Shown: positions 1 through 9,317 of the stretch, piece by piece
Position numbering within the stretch: position 1 is the first letter of the stretch
How the letters are laid out: the number at the start of each line of letters is the position of its first letter
DNA from: an uncultured Christensenella sp.
GTDB taxonomy: Bacteria > Bacillota > Clostridia > Christensenellales > UBA3700
DNA: 64,000 nt
Reading direction: 5' to 3'
Assembly: GCA_910577845.1 (NCBI GenBank)
Contig: CAJTNA010000006.1
Location: 6,625-70,624 of the forward strand
Position numbers and translations under genes: made by a program
Notes under the pieces: generated by a model
Databases searched by the model: none
The model's input: the letters and a program-made list of their open reading frames with translations, nothing else
Told to the model about the DNA's origin: nothing

Positions 1-98
1 TTCACCTCCTAATATTGGTATTTAATTCGTATTTTGGTTTAAATTATTGACATATAATAAAAATAATGTTAAAATTATAATGTAGTTAGGAGGGGTTT

Positions 99-635
99 AT
101 GAAAAAAGTCAATAATGATAAAGACGATTTATTTGCTTCTTTTTTACCAGACCGTGTGAAAGATGAACCCAACGAAAATCTTAAAAAAGATAAAAAGTTA
201 TTTACTATAATTTTTATTGTAATTTGCACTTTATTATTAGTTGGCAATTTGATTGCAATGATAATCAACTTTGCCACTTTGGATATTAGGAATGGACTTT
301 TATCTTTATTTGTAGGTTTTATTAATTGTGCTATAAGTATATTTTTACTTGGTTTGCTAATTGTTATGTCACACAATATTTCAAAAATGACAAGAGCAAC
401 AATGTTTATTTGTAGCAAATTAATGAGGGACGAAAAAAGATTTTTAGAAGCAGAGCAAAAGAAAAAGAAAGCTGAACAAGAAGAAAATTCTGAAGAAGAG
501 ATTGAAAAAGAAACTGAAGAGGGTAGTAAAATCGAAAGACAAATAGACGAACACGAAGGGAGTGAAGAACTTGCGATTGAAGGTGTAGTTTTTAGGTCTG
601 AGGGTGATACTGAATTAGACACAGAGGGAATTTAA
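99..635 (+). CDS. hypothetical membrane protein with an acidic/lysine-rich C-terminal tail
   Basis: ORF preceded by a GGAGGGG Shine-Dalgarno. Two hydrophobic segments (LFTIIFIVICTLLLVGNLIAMII, LLSLFVGFINCAISIFLLGLLIV). No family recognised. Confidence 0.5.
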   Translation: MKKVNNDKDDLFASFLPDRVKDEPNENLKKDKKLFTIIFIVICTLLLVGNLIAMIINFATLDIRNGLLSLFVGFINCAISIFLLGLLIVMSHNISKMTRATMFICSKLMRDEKRFLEAEQKKKKAEQEENSEEEIEKETEEGSKIERQIDEHEGSEELAIEGVVFRSEGDTELDTEGI

Positions 636-747
636 AATATTGTAATAGACTAAACAATGAGTTTTTAGATTGTTGAGGAAATTTATTGCATTTTTTTAAA
701 TTTAGAAAATTAAAGATAAAGTACAATAGAAATTGAATTGAACAGCC

Positions 748-790
748 ACCCCCGCAAGCCGAAAGGTTTTGTGGGGGTAGTTTTAATTTT
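748..790 (+). terminator. rho-independent terminator
   Basis: Stem ACCCCCGCAA / TTGTGGGGGT (one G-U pair) with an 11-nt loop, followed by a T-rich tract AGTTTTAATTTT. Confidence 0.6.
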
Positions 791-1403
791 GTAAATTTTG
801 GGTATAATTATTTAAAATGCTTTGCTTGTAATTTAAGTTAAATATGGTAAGATAAAATTTAGATATCATATAACCTATCTGTAAGTTGCTCAATAATGAT
901 TTTTAATAATAAGTTATAAGCAACTAATTAAATCAATAAAAGTAATAAAGCATCTTTAATTAACATTTTAGCAAAAAAAACATTGATAGAATTTTAATTG
1001 GAGTTTTATATTAGTATTTAAAAAGAGTTGTATTATTTTCAAAGCTAATAAATAAAATGTGATTTACGAGGATAATTCGTTTATCTTTGTTTAATATAAA
1101 ATTGATTTCCATTAAGTTGATTCTATTAGGGTAAACTTAATAGATTTAAATTTATAGCTTATTAATTTACTAATGATTAATTTATATTGCTAATCAAGTT
1201 AAAAATTTAAATATTAGATTATAAACCAATTTAGAAATACAATTATTTAATTAACAAGTGGATTATATAGTAATATATTGGCTAAAAATGCAATATTTTT
1301 TATAGTTTTAAAAATATTTTTTATAAATAATTCAGCTATAAAGTTTTTTTGCTTAAAGGTCCAGAATGTTAGAAAATTACATAAAAATTTGTGAGGTGAA
1401 ATA

Positions 1404-1670
1404 ATGAATAAGATGGATTTTGCAAAGAAAAGAGCAGAACTTTTGCAAGGAACGCCAGTAAGACTGCAAGTTAATGAAGGACGTAACAGATATGTGTACT
1501 ATGATGGTGTAATTAAAGATTTATATCCTTATGTATTTACTTTTATTGCAGTTTTGTATGGAAAAGAAAGGCTTTTATCTTTTAGTTATGTTGATTTAAT
1601 GACAAAAAGAATAAAAATTTTTCCGCCGGCTACAGATAAACAAGAAGAAAATCAAAATCTTTTGTCATAA
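1404..1670 (+). CDS. veg: Veg family protein (DUF1021)
   Basis: 88 aa. GAGGTGA RBS upstream. Resembles B. subtilis Veg across the core (LQVNEGRNRYVYYDGVIKDLYPYVF...SFSYVDL). Confidence 0.75.
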   Translation: MNKMDFAKKRAELLQGTPVRLQVNEGRNRYVYYDGVIKDLYPYVFTFIAVLYGKERLLSFSYVDLMTKRIKIFPPATDKQEENQNLLS

Positions 1671-1736
1671 TTTATAGCTCCATATAATAAATTAGTATAG
1701 GTAAAAGGTGCCGTCAATTTATATTATGGAGGATTT

Positions 1737-3248
1737 ATGGATAATATTGATATTTTAATGAATGATTATGCACGTGAGTTTGGTAGTGGTACTGCAACTG
1801 TTGAGTGCAATATTGAAAGTGCTACAAAAGGTGGGGTAGGAAAACTTTTGTCTGTTTCTGCAAATGTGAAAAGTGCTCAAGTGGACAAGAGTGGCGACAC
1901 CGCAAAAATTATGGCTACATTAAATTGCAAAGTAATGTTTTTAAACAAAGCAGGTGAGTTTGACAGCTTTGATTACTTATGCGACTTTACAGGAGCTATC
2001 AATGGTAATGATAATTTAAGTTTGCAAGACTTTAATCACTTATGGGCAGTATGTGGTGTTGCTGATATTGATAGCGGTGTTGCGGGCGAAATGATAAAAA
2101 TTCAAAGCGTTGTTAATATCAAAATATTTGGTATTTACACTGCTAAATGTGAGATTTTGACTGATATGCCAGAAAATGTTGTAAGCAAAAAGTGCGATGT
2201 TGTGACTCAAACTTTGATTAATATTACAGAGCAAAATATTGAGCTTGAGGAGAGTTTTGATACAGGGTGTACTGTTGAAAAAATATTATATTCTGATGTT
2301 ACTGCAATGGTAAATAACGCTAAAACTATGGACGGCAAATGTTTGGTAAGTGGTAATATATGCGGTAATATTAGCTATTTGAGCGAGGGCGTTGTTACTT
2401 GTAAAAACTTCAATACACCTTTTTCAGAGGAAATTGAAACAAGTGGTATGCTTGAGGACGATAAGGCAAATGTTTTTGTAAAAGCAACTGATTGTAAGAT
2501 TGTTTTGACAGGTATGGAGGGGGACAATGTTATCTTATTGCAAGTTGCAGTAAGTGTTAGAATTGACAACTTCCGCTTAGAGGAAAAACAAGTTGTTAGT
2601 GATGTATTCCTTGCGGATTATGAGATTGAAACAGAACAAGATTGTTGCAAATACAATGTAATGGATAAGACATATAACTTATTTGATAAGATAGTTGGTA
2701 ATGCTACTGTTGGTGATGATATGGTTGCAGTGTCTAAAGTTATTTGTACAAGTTTAAGCAGAAATATTATTGTTAATACATACTACGATGAGGGTAAAAT
2801 TGTAGTTGAGGGTGTGCTTGCAGTTAATTTAGTTTACTTGAATATTGAGGGTAATACTCAAAGTATTCTTATTGAATTGCCATATAGCTTACAATTTGAC
2901 GAAGTTATGGAATGTACAAACAAATTGTTGTGTGCTGAGGCTATTGTTGATAATCTATACGCTAAAGTAAAACGTGATAGAGAGTTTGAGGTTACTGCAA
3001 ACATTAGCATTACAGTAACTGCAGATAGTCCTATTGAGTGCAAGACAATTAAAGCTGTAACAGTGACAGATATTAAAAAATGCAATAGCTACAGCATTGT
3101 AATTTATAACTGTAAAGAGGGTGATGAGCTTTGGGATGTTGCAAAAGCAATTGGTGCATCGATGGAACAAATTGTAGCACAAAATAATGATTTACAAGGT
3201 GACCTTGCTGGCAGAAAAATTGTATATTACAGACAAATAAACTGCTGA
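1737..3248 (+). CDS. DUF3794-repeat protein with a C-terminal LysM domain; SipL/SpoVID-like spore morphogenetic protein candidate
   Basis: 503 aa. C-terminal LysM-like segment YSIVIYNCKEGDELWDVAKAIGASMEQIVAQNNDL. The veg / this gene / ispE neighbourhood matches what I recall for clostridial sipL. Family assignment is from memory, not from a search. Confidence 0.6.
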   Translation: MDNIDILMNDYAREFGSGTATVECNIESATKGGVGKLLSVSANVKSAQVDKSGDTAKIMATLNCKVMFLNKAGEFDSFDYLCDFTGAINGNDNLSLQDFNHLWAVCGVADIDSGVAGEMIKIQSVVNIKIFGIYTAKCEILTDMPENVVSKKCDVVTQTLINITEQNIELEESFDTGCTVEKILYSDVTAMVNNAKTMDGKCLVSGNICGNISYLSEGVVTCKNFNTPFSEEIETSGMLEDDKANVFVKATDCKIVLTGMEGDNVILLQVAVSVRIDNFRLEEKQVVSDVFLADYEIETEQDCCKYNVMDKTYNLFDKIVGNATVGDDMVAVSKVICTSLSRNIIVNTYYDEGKIVVEGVLAVNLVYLNIEGNTQSILIELPYSLQFDEVMECTNKLLCAEAIVDNLYAKVKRDREFEVTANISITVTADSPIECKTIKAVTVTDIKKCNSYSIVIYNCKEGDELWDVAKAIGASMEQIVAQNNDLQGDLAGRKIVYYRQINC

Positions 3249-3263
3249 AAATCGGTACTAAAT
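3247..3263 (+). repeat. partial copy of the recurrent AAAATCGGTACTAAA motif
   Basis: GAAAATCGGTACTAAAT overlaps the stop codon of the preceding CDS. Matches the 3' two-thirds of the consensus. Confidence 0.4.
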
Positions 3264-3302
3264 AGTTGAAAATATTGATTTTAGCTTAAAAATGATATAA
3301 TA

Positions 3303-3345
3303 CAAAAACTAATAGGGGTAAGTCCTTGTTAGTTTTGTTTGTTTT
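3303..3345 (+). terminator. probable rho-independent terminator
   Basis: Imperfect stem CAAAAACTAATAGG / CCTTGTTAGTTTTG followed by TTTGTTTT. Confidence 0.45.
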
Positions 3346-3417
3346 CTGTAGAGCTAAATATTAAAATATTTTGCAATAATTGTTGCCAAGGTGCTATCAA
3401 AGTGATAAAATAAATAT

Positions 3418-4254
3418 ATGGATAAATTAAAGGTAAGAGTTAATGCAAAACTTAATATGACTTTAGATGTTGTAGGTAACTTTGGCAGAGGTTATCACAA
3501 TTTGGATATGACAATGATATCAATTGGCGTTTTTGATATAGTGGAGGTCTGCAAGGCAGATACAATATCTGTTTTTATGGATTATAAAGAATGTGACGAA
3601 AGTAATACTGCGTACAAAGTAGCCAAAATTTGTAATGAGGAATATGGTTTGCCACCCGTTAAAATTGAGATTGTAAAAGGAATACCTTTTGGTGGTGGGT
3701 TAGGTGGGTCATCCGCAGATGCGAGTGCAACACTTTATTGTATGCAAAAGTTGTTTGGCTTAAGCGATAGTAATGCTAAGCTAATTGCTACAAGAGTTGG
3801 TTCTGATGTCAATTTTATGTTAAAAGGTGGTTTTTGCAGAGTGACTGGTAAAGGTGATGATTTATCACCTTTGCCTTTTAAAGAATATTCTCTTGTAGTG
3901 GCTAAGAGTAAAACATCTGCTGTTACTAAAGAGGTGTTTGATAATTTTGATAAAATCGGTGTAGTAACAGACTTCACTAAGAAGTTTGTAAATGCTTTAG
4001 GTAATGGTAGTGAATTGCAATTTATTGGCAATGGATTGCAGAGTGTGACGCAATCACTTTGTGAGGATATGACGAAAGTTATTGAGGTGTTAAGTAAGTA
4101 TAGTCATTATGTTTGTATGAGTGGTAGTGGTACTTGTGTTTTTGCCATTATGGAAAATATGAATGATGCAAACTTGCTTGCAGATAGGTTAAAGGTTAAA
4201 ATGAATTATATAAAGGCTTGTACAACTTTACCTTATGGTATAAAAGAGTGTTGA
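3418..4254 (+). CDS. ispE: 4-diphosphocytidyl-2-C-methyl-D-erythritol kinase
   Basis: 278 aa. GHMP-kinase ATP-binding motif PFGGGLGGSSADASA. Typical IspE length and N-terminus (VNAKLNMTLDV). Confidence 0.85.
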   Translation: MDKLKVRVNAKLNMTLDVVGNFGRGYHNLDMTMISIGVFDIVEVCKADTISVFMDYKECDESNTAYKVAKICNEEYGLPPVKIEIVKGIPFGGGLGGSSADASATLYCMQKLFGLSDSNAKLIATRVGSDVNFMLKGGFCRVTGKGDDLSPLPFKEYSLVVAKSKTSAVTKEVFDNFDKIGVVTDFTKKFVNALGNGSELQFIGNGLQSVTQSLCEDMTKVIEVLSKYSHYVCMSGSGTCVFAIMENMNDANLLADRLKVKMNYIKACTTLPYGIKEC

Positions 4255-4363
4255 TAAAGGGCTTAAATTTGACGAAAAATGCAAATTATTACTTAAAATG
4301 CAAAAAAAATCACTTTGTTGCAGTATTTTTATAGATATTGCAACTATTTTTTTATTAAAACAC

Positions 4364-4392
4364 TTGATTTATATTTATTTTTATATTATAAT
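4364..4392 (+). promoter_or_regulatory. sigma-A type promoter for the SCIFF operon
   Basis: TTGATT (4364-4369), 17-nt spacer, TATAAT (4387-4392), ~35 nt upstream of the scfA start. Confidence 0.5.
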
Positions 4393-4428
4393 GCTAGTAT
4401 GTCAAATTAAAATCGGAGGAGTATGTTT

Positions 4429-4602
4429 ATGAAACATATCAATACTATTGTAAATAAGGGTATGAAAAAAAGTGGAAATATCGGTTGTGGAGAGTGCCAA
4501 TCAAGCTGTCAATCTGCTTGCAAAACAAGCTGTACAGTTGGTAATCAATCTTGCAGACACCAAGACGAAAGAATTAATACAGCTAAAAAACCTTTAATCT
4601 AA
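4429..4602 (+). CDS. scfA: SCIFF (six-cysteines-in-forty-five) ribosomal peptide precursor
   Basis: Not in the ORF track (57 aa). My translation is MKHINTIVNKGMKKSGNIGCGECQSSCQSACKTSCTVGNQSCRHQDERINTAKKPLI. It contains the hallmark GCGECQSSCQSACKTSCTVGNQ core with 6 Cys. GGAGGA RBS lies 8 nt upstream. The gene sits directly upstream of the radical-SAM maturase. Confidence 0.85.
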   Translation: MKHINTIVNKGMKKSGNIGCGECQSSCQSACKTSCTVGNQSCRHQDERINTAKKPLI

Positions 4603-4608
4603 TTAATA

Positions 4609-5973
4609 ATGGTACATTGCTTTAAATATAATCACAAGGGAAGAGAGTATCATTTTCTTTGGGATGTGGAAAGCGGAAGTTTGCATAATGTTGATAAGTC
4701 TGCTTATCTAGTAGCAAAAGATAGATATAGTGAACTTGAGGGTGATGAGGTGCAAGCGTTTGCGGATATTCCAAGCAGGTTAACTGAAGAGATACAAGCA
4801 GAGTTTTTAGAACTTGAGAATAGTGGCGGTTTAAATTCCCCAGCAGTTGTTTATACAAAAACAAAGCAAATTGGGGAAATTAAAGCATTATGTTTACATA
4901 TATGTCACGACTGTAATTTAAGGTGCAAGTATTGTTTTGCCGATGAGGGTACATATCATTCTGTATGTAAGGAATATATGTCATTTGAGGTTGGCAAAAA
5001 GGCAATTGACTTTTTGATTGAAAATAGTGGTAAAAGACAAAATTTAGAGGTTGACTTTTTTGGTGGTGAGCCACTTATGAACCTTGATGTTGTTAAGCAA
5101 ATTGTAGAATATGCTCGAACTGAAGGGACAAAAAGCGGAAAGACGTTTAATTTTACTTTAACAACTAATTGCTTGCTTTTAAATGATGATACAATTAAAT
5201 GGCTAAATGAGGAAATGTACAATGTAGTGCTTTCCATTGATGGTAGAGAAATCGTTCACGACAGATTGAGGCGTACCGCTAATGACAAAGGCTCTCACAG
5301 CATAGTGTTGGAAAAGGCTAAGCAGTTTGCAAGCGTTCGTGGTGATAAGTCCTATTATGTAAGAGGTACATTCACAGCTTATAATTTAGATTTTGCAAAA
5401 GATATATTATATTTGCGTGACCAAGGCTTTGAGCAAATTAGTATTGAACCAGTTGTTTTACCAGAGGATAGTCCTATGGCAATAAAAAAAGAAGATTTGC
5501 CTACTATTTTGCGTGAATATGAAAGACTTGCAGAGGAATATTTAAATTCAAGAGCAAATGGTAAATGGTTTAATTTTTTCCATTTTATGCTTGATTTAGA
5601 GGGTGGTCCTTGTATTAAAAAGAGGTTGACTGGTTGTGGTGCTGGCTGTGAATATTTGGCAATCACGCCTTATGGTGATATTTATCCTTGTCATCAGTTT
5701 GCGGGAGATGTTAAATACAAACTAGGCAATGTTATGCAAAATGAATTTTGTTTGGATATAAGCAAAGTCTTTGCGAAAAACTTGGTTACAAACAAACCTC
5801 AATGCGATAAATGTCCTGCTAAGTATTATTGTAGTGGCGGTTGTGTTGCAAATAATATTCATTTTGGTGGGGATATTAGCAATCCTTATTCAATCAGTTG
5901 CGAGATGATGAAAAAAAGATTTGAGTTATCTCTTGCGATTAGTGCAATTGAAGATGCTGGAGTAAATGAATAA
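4609..5973 (+). CDS. scfB: SCIFF radical SAM/SPASM thioether-forming maturase
   Basis: 454 aa. CX3CX2C radical-SAM motif (CHDCNLRCKYCF). C-terminal SPASM Cys cluster (CDKCPAKYYCSGGCVANN). Adjacent to the SCIFF peptide. Confidence 0.85.
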   Translation: MVHCFKYNHKGREYHFLWDVESGSLHNVDKSAYLVAKDRYSELEGDEVQAFADIPSRLTEEIQAEFLELENSGGLNSPAVVYTKTKQIGEIKALCLHICHDCNLRCKYCFADEGTYHSVCKEYMSFEVGKKAIDFLIENSGKRQNLEVDFFGGEPLMNLDVVKQIVEYARTEGTKSGKTFNFTLTTNCLLLNDDTIKWLNEEMYNVVLSIDGREIVHDRLRRTANDKGSHSIVLEKAKQFASVRGDKSYYVRGTFTAYNLDFAKDILYLRDQGFEQISIEPVVLPEDSPMAIKKEDLPTILREYERLAEEYLNSRANGKWFNFFHFMLDLEGGPCIKKRLTGCGAGCEYLAITPYGDIYPCHQFAGDVKYKLGNVMQNEFCLDISKVFAKNLVTNKPQCDKCPAKYYCSGGCVANNIHFGGDISNPYSISCEMMKKRFELSLAISAIEDAGVNE

Positions 5974-6142
5974 TGCATTTATTTGATTAAAGCAATTGAT
6001 TATAGTAAAAAATAAATATATAGTTAAAGAGATTTAACAAAAAAATTGAAATAAAACTTCCAAGCCTAACAAATAATCAATTGTAATTGCAATTGAGGAT
6101 AATAAATTTACATAATAAAATGTATTATAAATTTAATAGATA

Positions 6143-6172
6143 TTGACATTTTTAGATAAATTCGTGTATAAT
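6143..6172 (+). promoter_or_regulatory. sigma-A type promoter for secDF
   Basis: TTGACA (6143-6148), 18-nt spacer ending in TG, TATAAT (6167-6172). Confidence 0.5.
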
Positions 6173-6203
6173 TATCGGGTAGGTTGACGATAGGAGGCAT
6201 ATA

Positions 6204-7712
6204 GTGAAAAACAATAATAGCAAATTAAAATCTAAAGGACTTTCACAAACTTGGGCTATAGTTATCCTAGTTATTTTTGCAGTTCTTATGATTTTAGGTA
6301 CTGTCTTTGCTTTTGTACCACTACAAGATGGTCAGCTGGGCATTGTGGACTATAATAACTTTGCTAGTAACATTAAGCTAGGTCTTGATGTTAAGGGTGG
6401 TGTATACGCAGTATTTGCTGTGGATAGAGATGATTTTGTTAACAATAGGTATTCAGGCGATAAAGCGGATTCTGAAGCGATTAATCGTGCTTTTGATGAT
6501 GCTGTTCAAGGTACAGTATCTCGTTTGACTAAGCTTTTGGTTAACCAAGGTTATTCTGAGGCACAAGTTGCCGTAACTGGTAGTGGTGATAATCAAAAGA
6601 TTCGTGTTGAAGTTCCTGACGTTGACGAACCTGAGGAAATCTTTGATTTGATTGCAAAACCTGCAACATTGACAATGTATGAGGCTAATGTGGATAGTAA
6701 TGGTAACATTACCAAAGCAAATCCAGACGATAAAACTCCACTTATTAGTGGTGCGGATATTCAACAAGCATCCGTTGGTATGCAAGATGGTCAATATTGT
6801 ATTCAATTAAAATTTAACAGAAATGGTACTAAAAAGTTCGCTGAGGCTACTGCCAACCTAAGTGGTAAAAAATTAGGTATTTTCCTAGATGGTAAACCAT
6901 TAATGGCACCTAATGTTAATGAGTCTATTACTACAGGACAAGCGGTAATCACTGGTTCATATACTTATGAGCAAGCTTATGAATATGCGGTACAAATTCA
7001 ATCTGGTGCATTGGGCGTAAACTTATCTTTGGATAGTTCAAGTGTTATCTCTGCTACTTTGGGACAAAATGCTATTAATCACGGCTTAATTGCCGGTGGT
7101 GTAGGTTTGTTGATTATCTTTGTCATAATGATTGCAAGATATAGACTACTAGGTGTTGCTGCATCTTTATCATTGCTATTCTTTGCTTTAACATATGTAT
7201 TTATTTTGTCTATATTCCCTTGGGTACAATTAACTTTACCAGGTATTGCAGGTATCTTGTTATCAATAGGTATGGCGGTAGATGCTAATGTAATTATATT
7301 TGAGAGAATTAGGGAATTAATGGGTGGCAATAACCAAAGAGATATACGTGCAAGCGTAAGCCAAGGTTTCAAAAACTCATTGTCAGCTATTATTGATGGT
7401 AACGTAACAACTTTAATTGGTGCAATAGTACTTGCAATCGTTGCAATAAGCACAATTAAAGGTTTTGCAATGACATTGCTTATTGGTATTGTAATTTCAC
7501 TAATCAGTTCTTTGCTAGTATGTCGATTAATAATTAAATGTTTCCTTGCATTCAATGATAGTTCAGTTGTACTATATGGCTTGAATGTTAAAGAGCAAAA
7601 TTATTCAATTGATTATAAAATAAATAAATTGCCTACTCCTGTTATGGATAGTGAGGATAATTCAAAGGATGATAATAATAAAAAGAATGATACAGCGGAG
7701 GTAAATGCATAA
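6204..7712 (+). CDS. secD: protein translocase subunit SecD
   Basis: 502 aa. GTG start after an AGGAGG RBS. N-terminal TM helix, a large periplasmic-type domain and a C-terminal 5-TM bundle with the motif AVDANVIIFERIRE. Followed by secF. Confidence 0.85.
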   Translation: MKNNNSKLKSKGLSQTWAIVILVIFAVLMILGTVFAFVPLQDGQLGIVDYNNFASNIKLGLDVKGGVYAVFAVDRDDFVNNRYSGDKADSEAINRAFDDAVQGTVSRLTKLLVNQGYSEAQVAVTGSGDNQKIRVEVPDVDEPEEIFDLIAKPATLTMYEANVDSNGNITKANPDDKTPLISGADIQQASVGMQDGQYCIQLKFNRNGTKKFAEATANLSGKKLGIFLDGKPLMAPNVNESITTGQAVITGSYTYEQAYEYAVQIQSGALGVNLSLDSSSVISATLGQNAINHGLIAGGVGLLIIFVIMIARYRLLGVAASLSLLFFALTYVFILSIFPWVQLTLPGIAGILLSIGMAVDANVIIFERIRELMGGNNQRDIRASVSQGFKNSLSAIIDGNVTTLIGAIVLAIVAISTIKGFAMTLLIGIVISLISSLLVCRLIIKCFLAFNDSSVVLYGLNVKEQNYSIDYKINKLPTPVMDSEDNSKDDNNKKNDTAEVNA

Positions 7713-8782
7713 TGAAAAAGATTAATTTTACTTTGGCTGGAAAAAGAGTTGTTGAAAAATGGAAATACTGGGTATCAGTTCCACTTGCTATATTATTGAT
7801 TGCTTTGATAGCTTTTGGTATTTATGCAGGCGTATATAAAGATGCCTCTCAAGGTGTTAATGTAGGTATTGATTTTACTGGTGGTAACATTATTACTATT
7901 GAAACAAAGTTTGATAGAGATAATAGTATTAATGATACATTAAACTTTAACCAAACTATAGATGTTGTTGAAGATGTGCTTGCAGAGAAAAATGCTCATA
8001 TAAGTTATGACCAAATGGGTGGTAGCGATAAATTGAGCGTAATTGTAAGATTTAACTTGTTATCTAAAGATAATGTGGAAAATGAAACCTTAAATAACGA
8101 AATTGTTGCATCTTTGCAAGAAAAATTGTCTGAGTCAATTGTTGATGGTAATGATATACGATTAGAGTATATTGGACCAAGTGCAAGTTCGGAATTAATT
8201 TTAACAGCATTTTTATCTGTATTGATTTCAACCTTATTGATATTGGTTTATATTGTAATTAGGTTTAGAAATGTATTTACTGGTCTTGCTGCAATAATTG
8301 CTTTGTTGCACGATGTTATAATGGTATTTGCACTTACAGTGTTATTCCATATCCAAATTAACTCTTCATTCATTGCTGCTATTATTACAATCATTGCGTA
8401 CTCAATCAACAACACAATCGTATTGTTTGATAGAGTAAGAGAGAACTATAAGTCTATTCAAGTAGGTGAGAGCGTAAACAACAATATGGTTGTTAATAAA
8501 TCAATCGCTCAAACATTGTCAAGAAGTATTTTGACAACTATTACAACAATGGCTTCAATAGTAATACTAGCAATTATTGGTGTATCTTCTATTAGAGAGT
8601 TTGCTCTGCCAGTATTGTTTGGTTTGATTGCTGGTACATTCTCATCAATCTTTATTGCTCCATCATTATATTGCTTAATGAAAAATGCTAGCGATGCATC
8701 ATCTAAGAGAAACATTGGTAAACCTCGTAAGATTAAAAAAGCAAAAGTTAAGAAGGAAATTAAAGACACAGCTGTTGTTTGA
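7712..8782 (+). CDS. secF: protein translocase subunit SecF
   Basis: 356 aa. Start overlaps the secD stop (ATAATG). Motifs GIDFTGG and YSINNTIVLFDRVREN are typical of SecF. Confidence 0.85.
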   Translation: MKKINFTLAGKRVVEKWKYWVSVPLAILLIALIAFGIYAGVYKDASQGVNVGIDFTGGNIITIETKFDRDNSINDTLNFNQTIDVVEDVLAEKNAHISYDQMGGSDKLSVIVRFNLLSKDNVENETLNNEIVASLQEKLSESIVDGNDIRLEYIGPSASSELILTAFLSVLISTLLILVYIVIRFRNVFTGLAAIIALLHDVIMVFALTVLFHIQINSSFIAAIITIIAYSINNTIVLFDRVRENYKSIQVGESVNNNMVVNKSIAQTLSRSILTTITTMASIVILAIIGVSSIREFALPVLFGLIAGTFSSIFIAPSLYCLMKNASDASSKRNIGKPRKIKKAKVKKEIKDTAVV

Positions 8783-8944
8783 TAATTATCATTGTAAAGT
8801 TAATTTGTGGTTATATTTTAATGCTCTACTTTATTTAGCTGTAAAATAAAAAATGTTAGATATGTCATAGGCTTTTCAATGTATTAAAGAATTTATTAAC
8901 TTTTAACAATATATTTACAAATAAAATTAAAAATGTAGTTATAC

Positions 8945-8977
8945 AAAAAAGTGCTTTATTTAAGCACTTTTTGTTTT
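8945..8977 (+). terminator. rho-independent terminator after secF
   Basis: Stem AAAAAGTGCTT / AAGCACTTTTT, loop TATTT, then TGTTTT. Confidence 0.7.
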
Positions 8978-9317
8978 ATAAAGTTGTTTGAAAACATTTT
9001 TAGTTAAAATTACAAATAATTGAAACATAATGCTATAATAATAAATTATTGGGTAGATATTAAAATATTTTTCATATGGTGATTGAGTCACTTGGTGTAA
9101 TATTGTTTTTTATTTGAATTGTACTATTTTGAGAGTATTTTTTATATGCAAATTAACTGCTAAGGATAATATTTTTAAAAACTTAAATTTAAAAATGTCT
9201 TGAAATAGTGTGTTTAATATGGTAAAATAATAGCAAGGTTAAGTTTAAACTTTTTCAATTTTAAAAGTGATTTTATTGTTAGCGAAAGGTAAAATAGTTA
9301 AACAATAAGGAGGAAAT

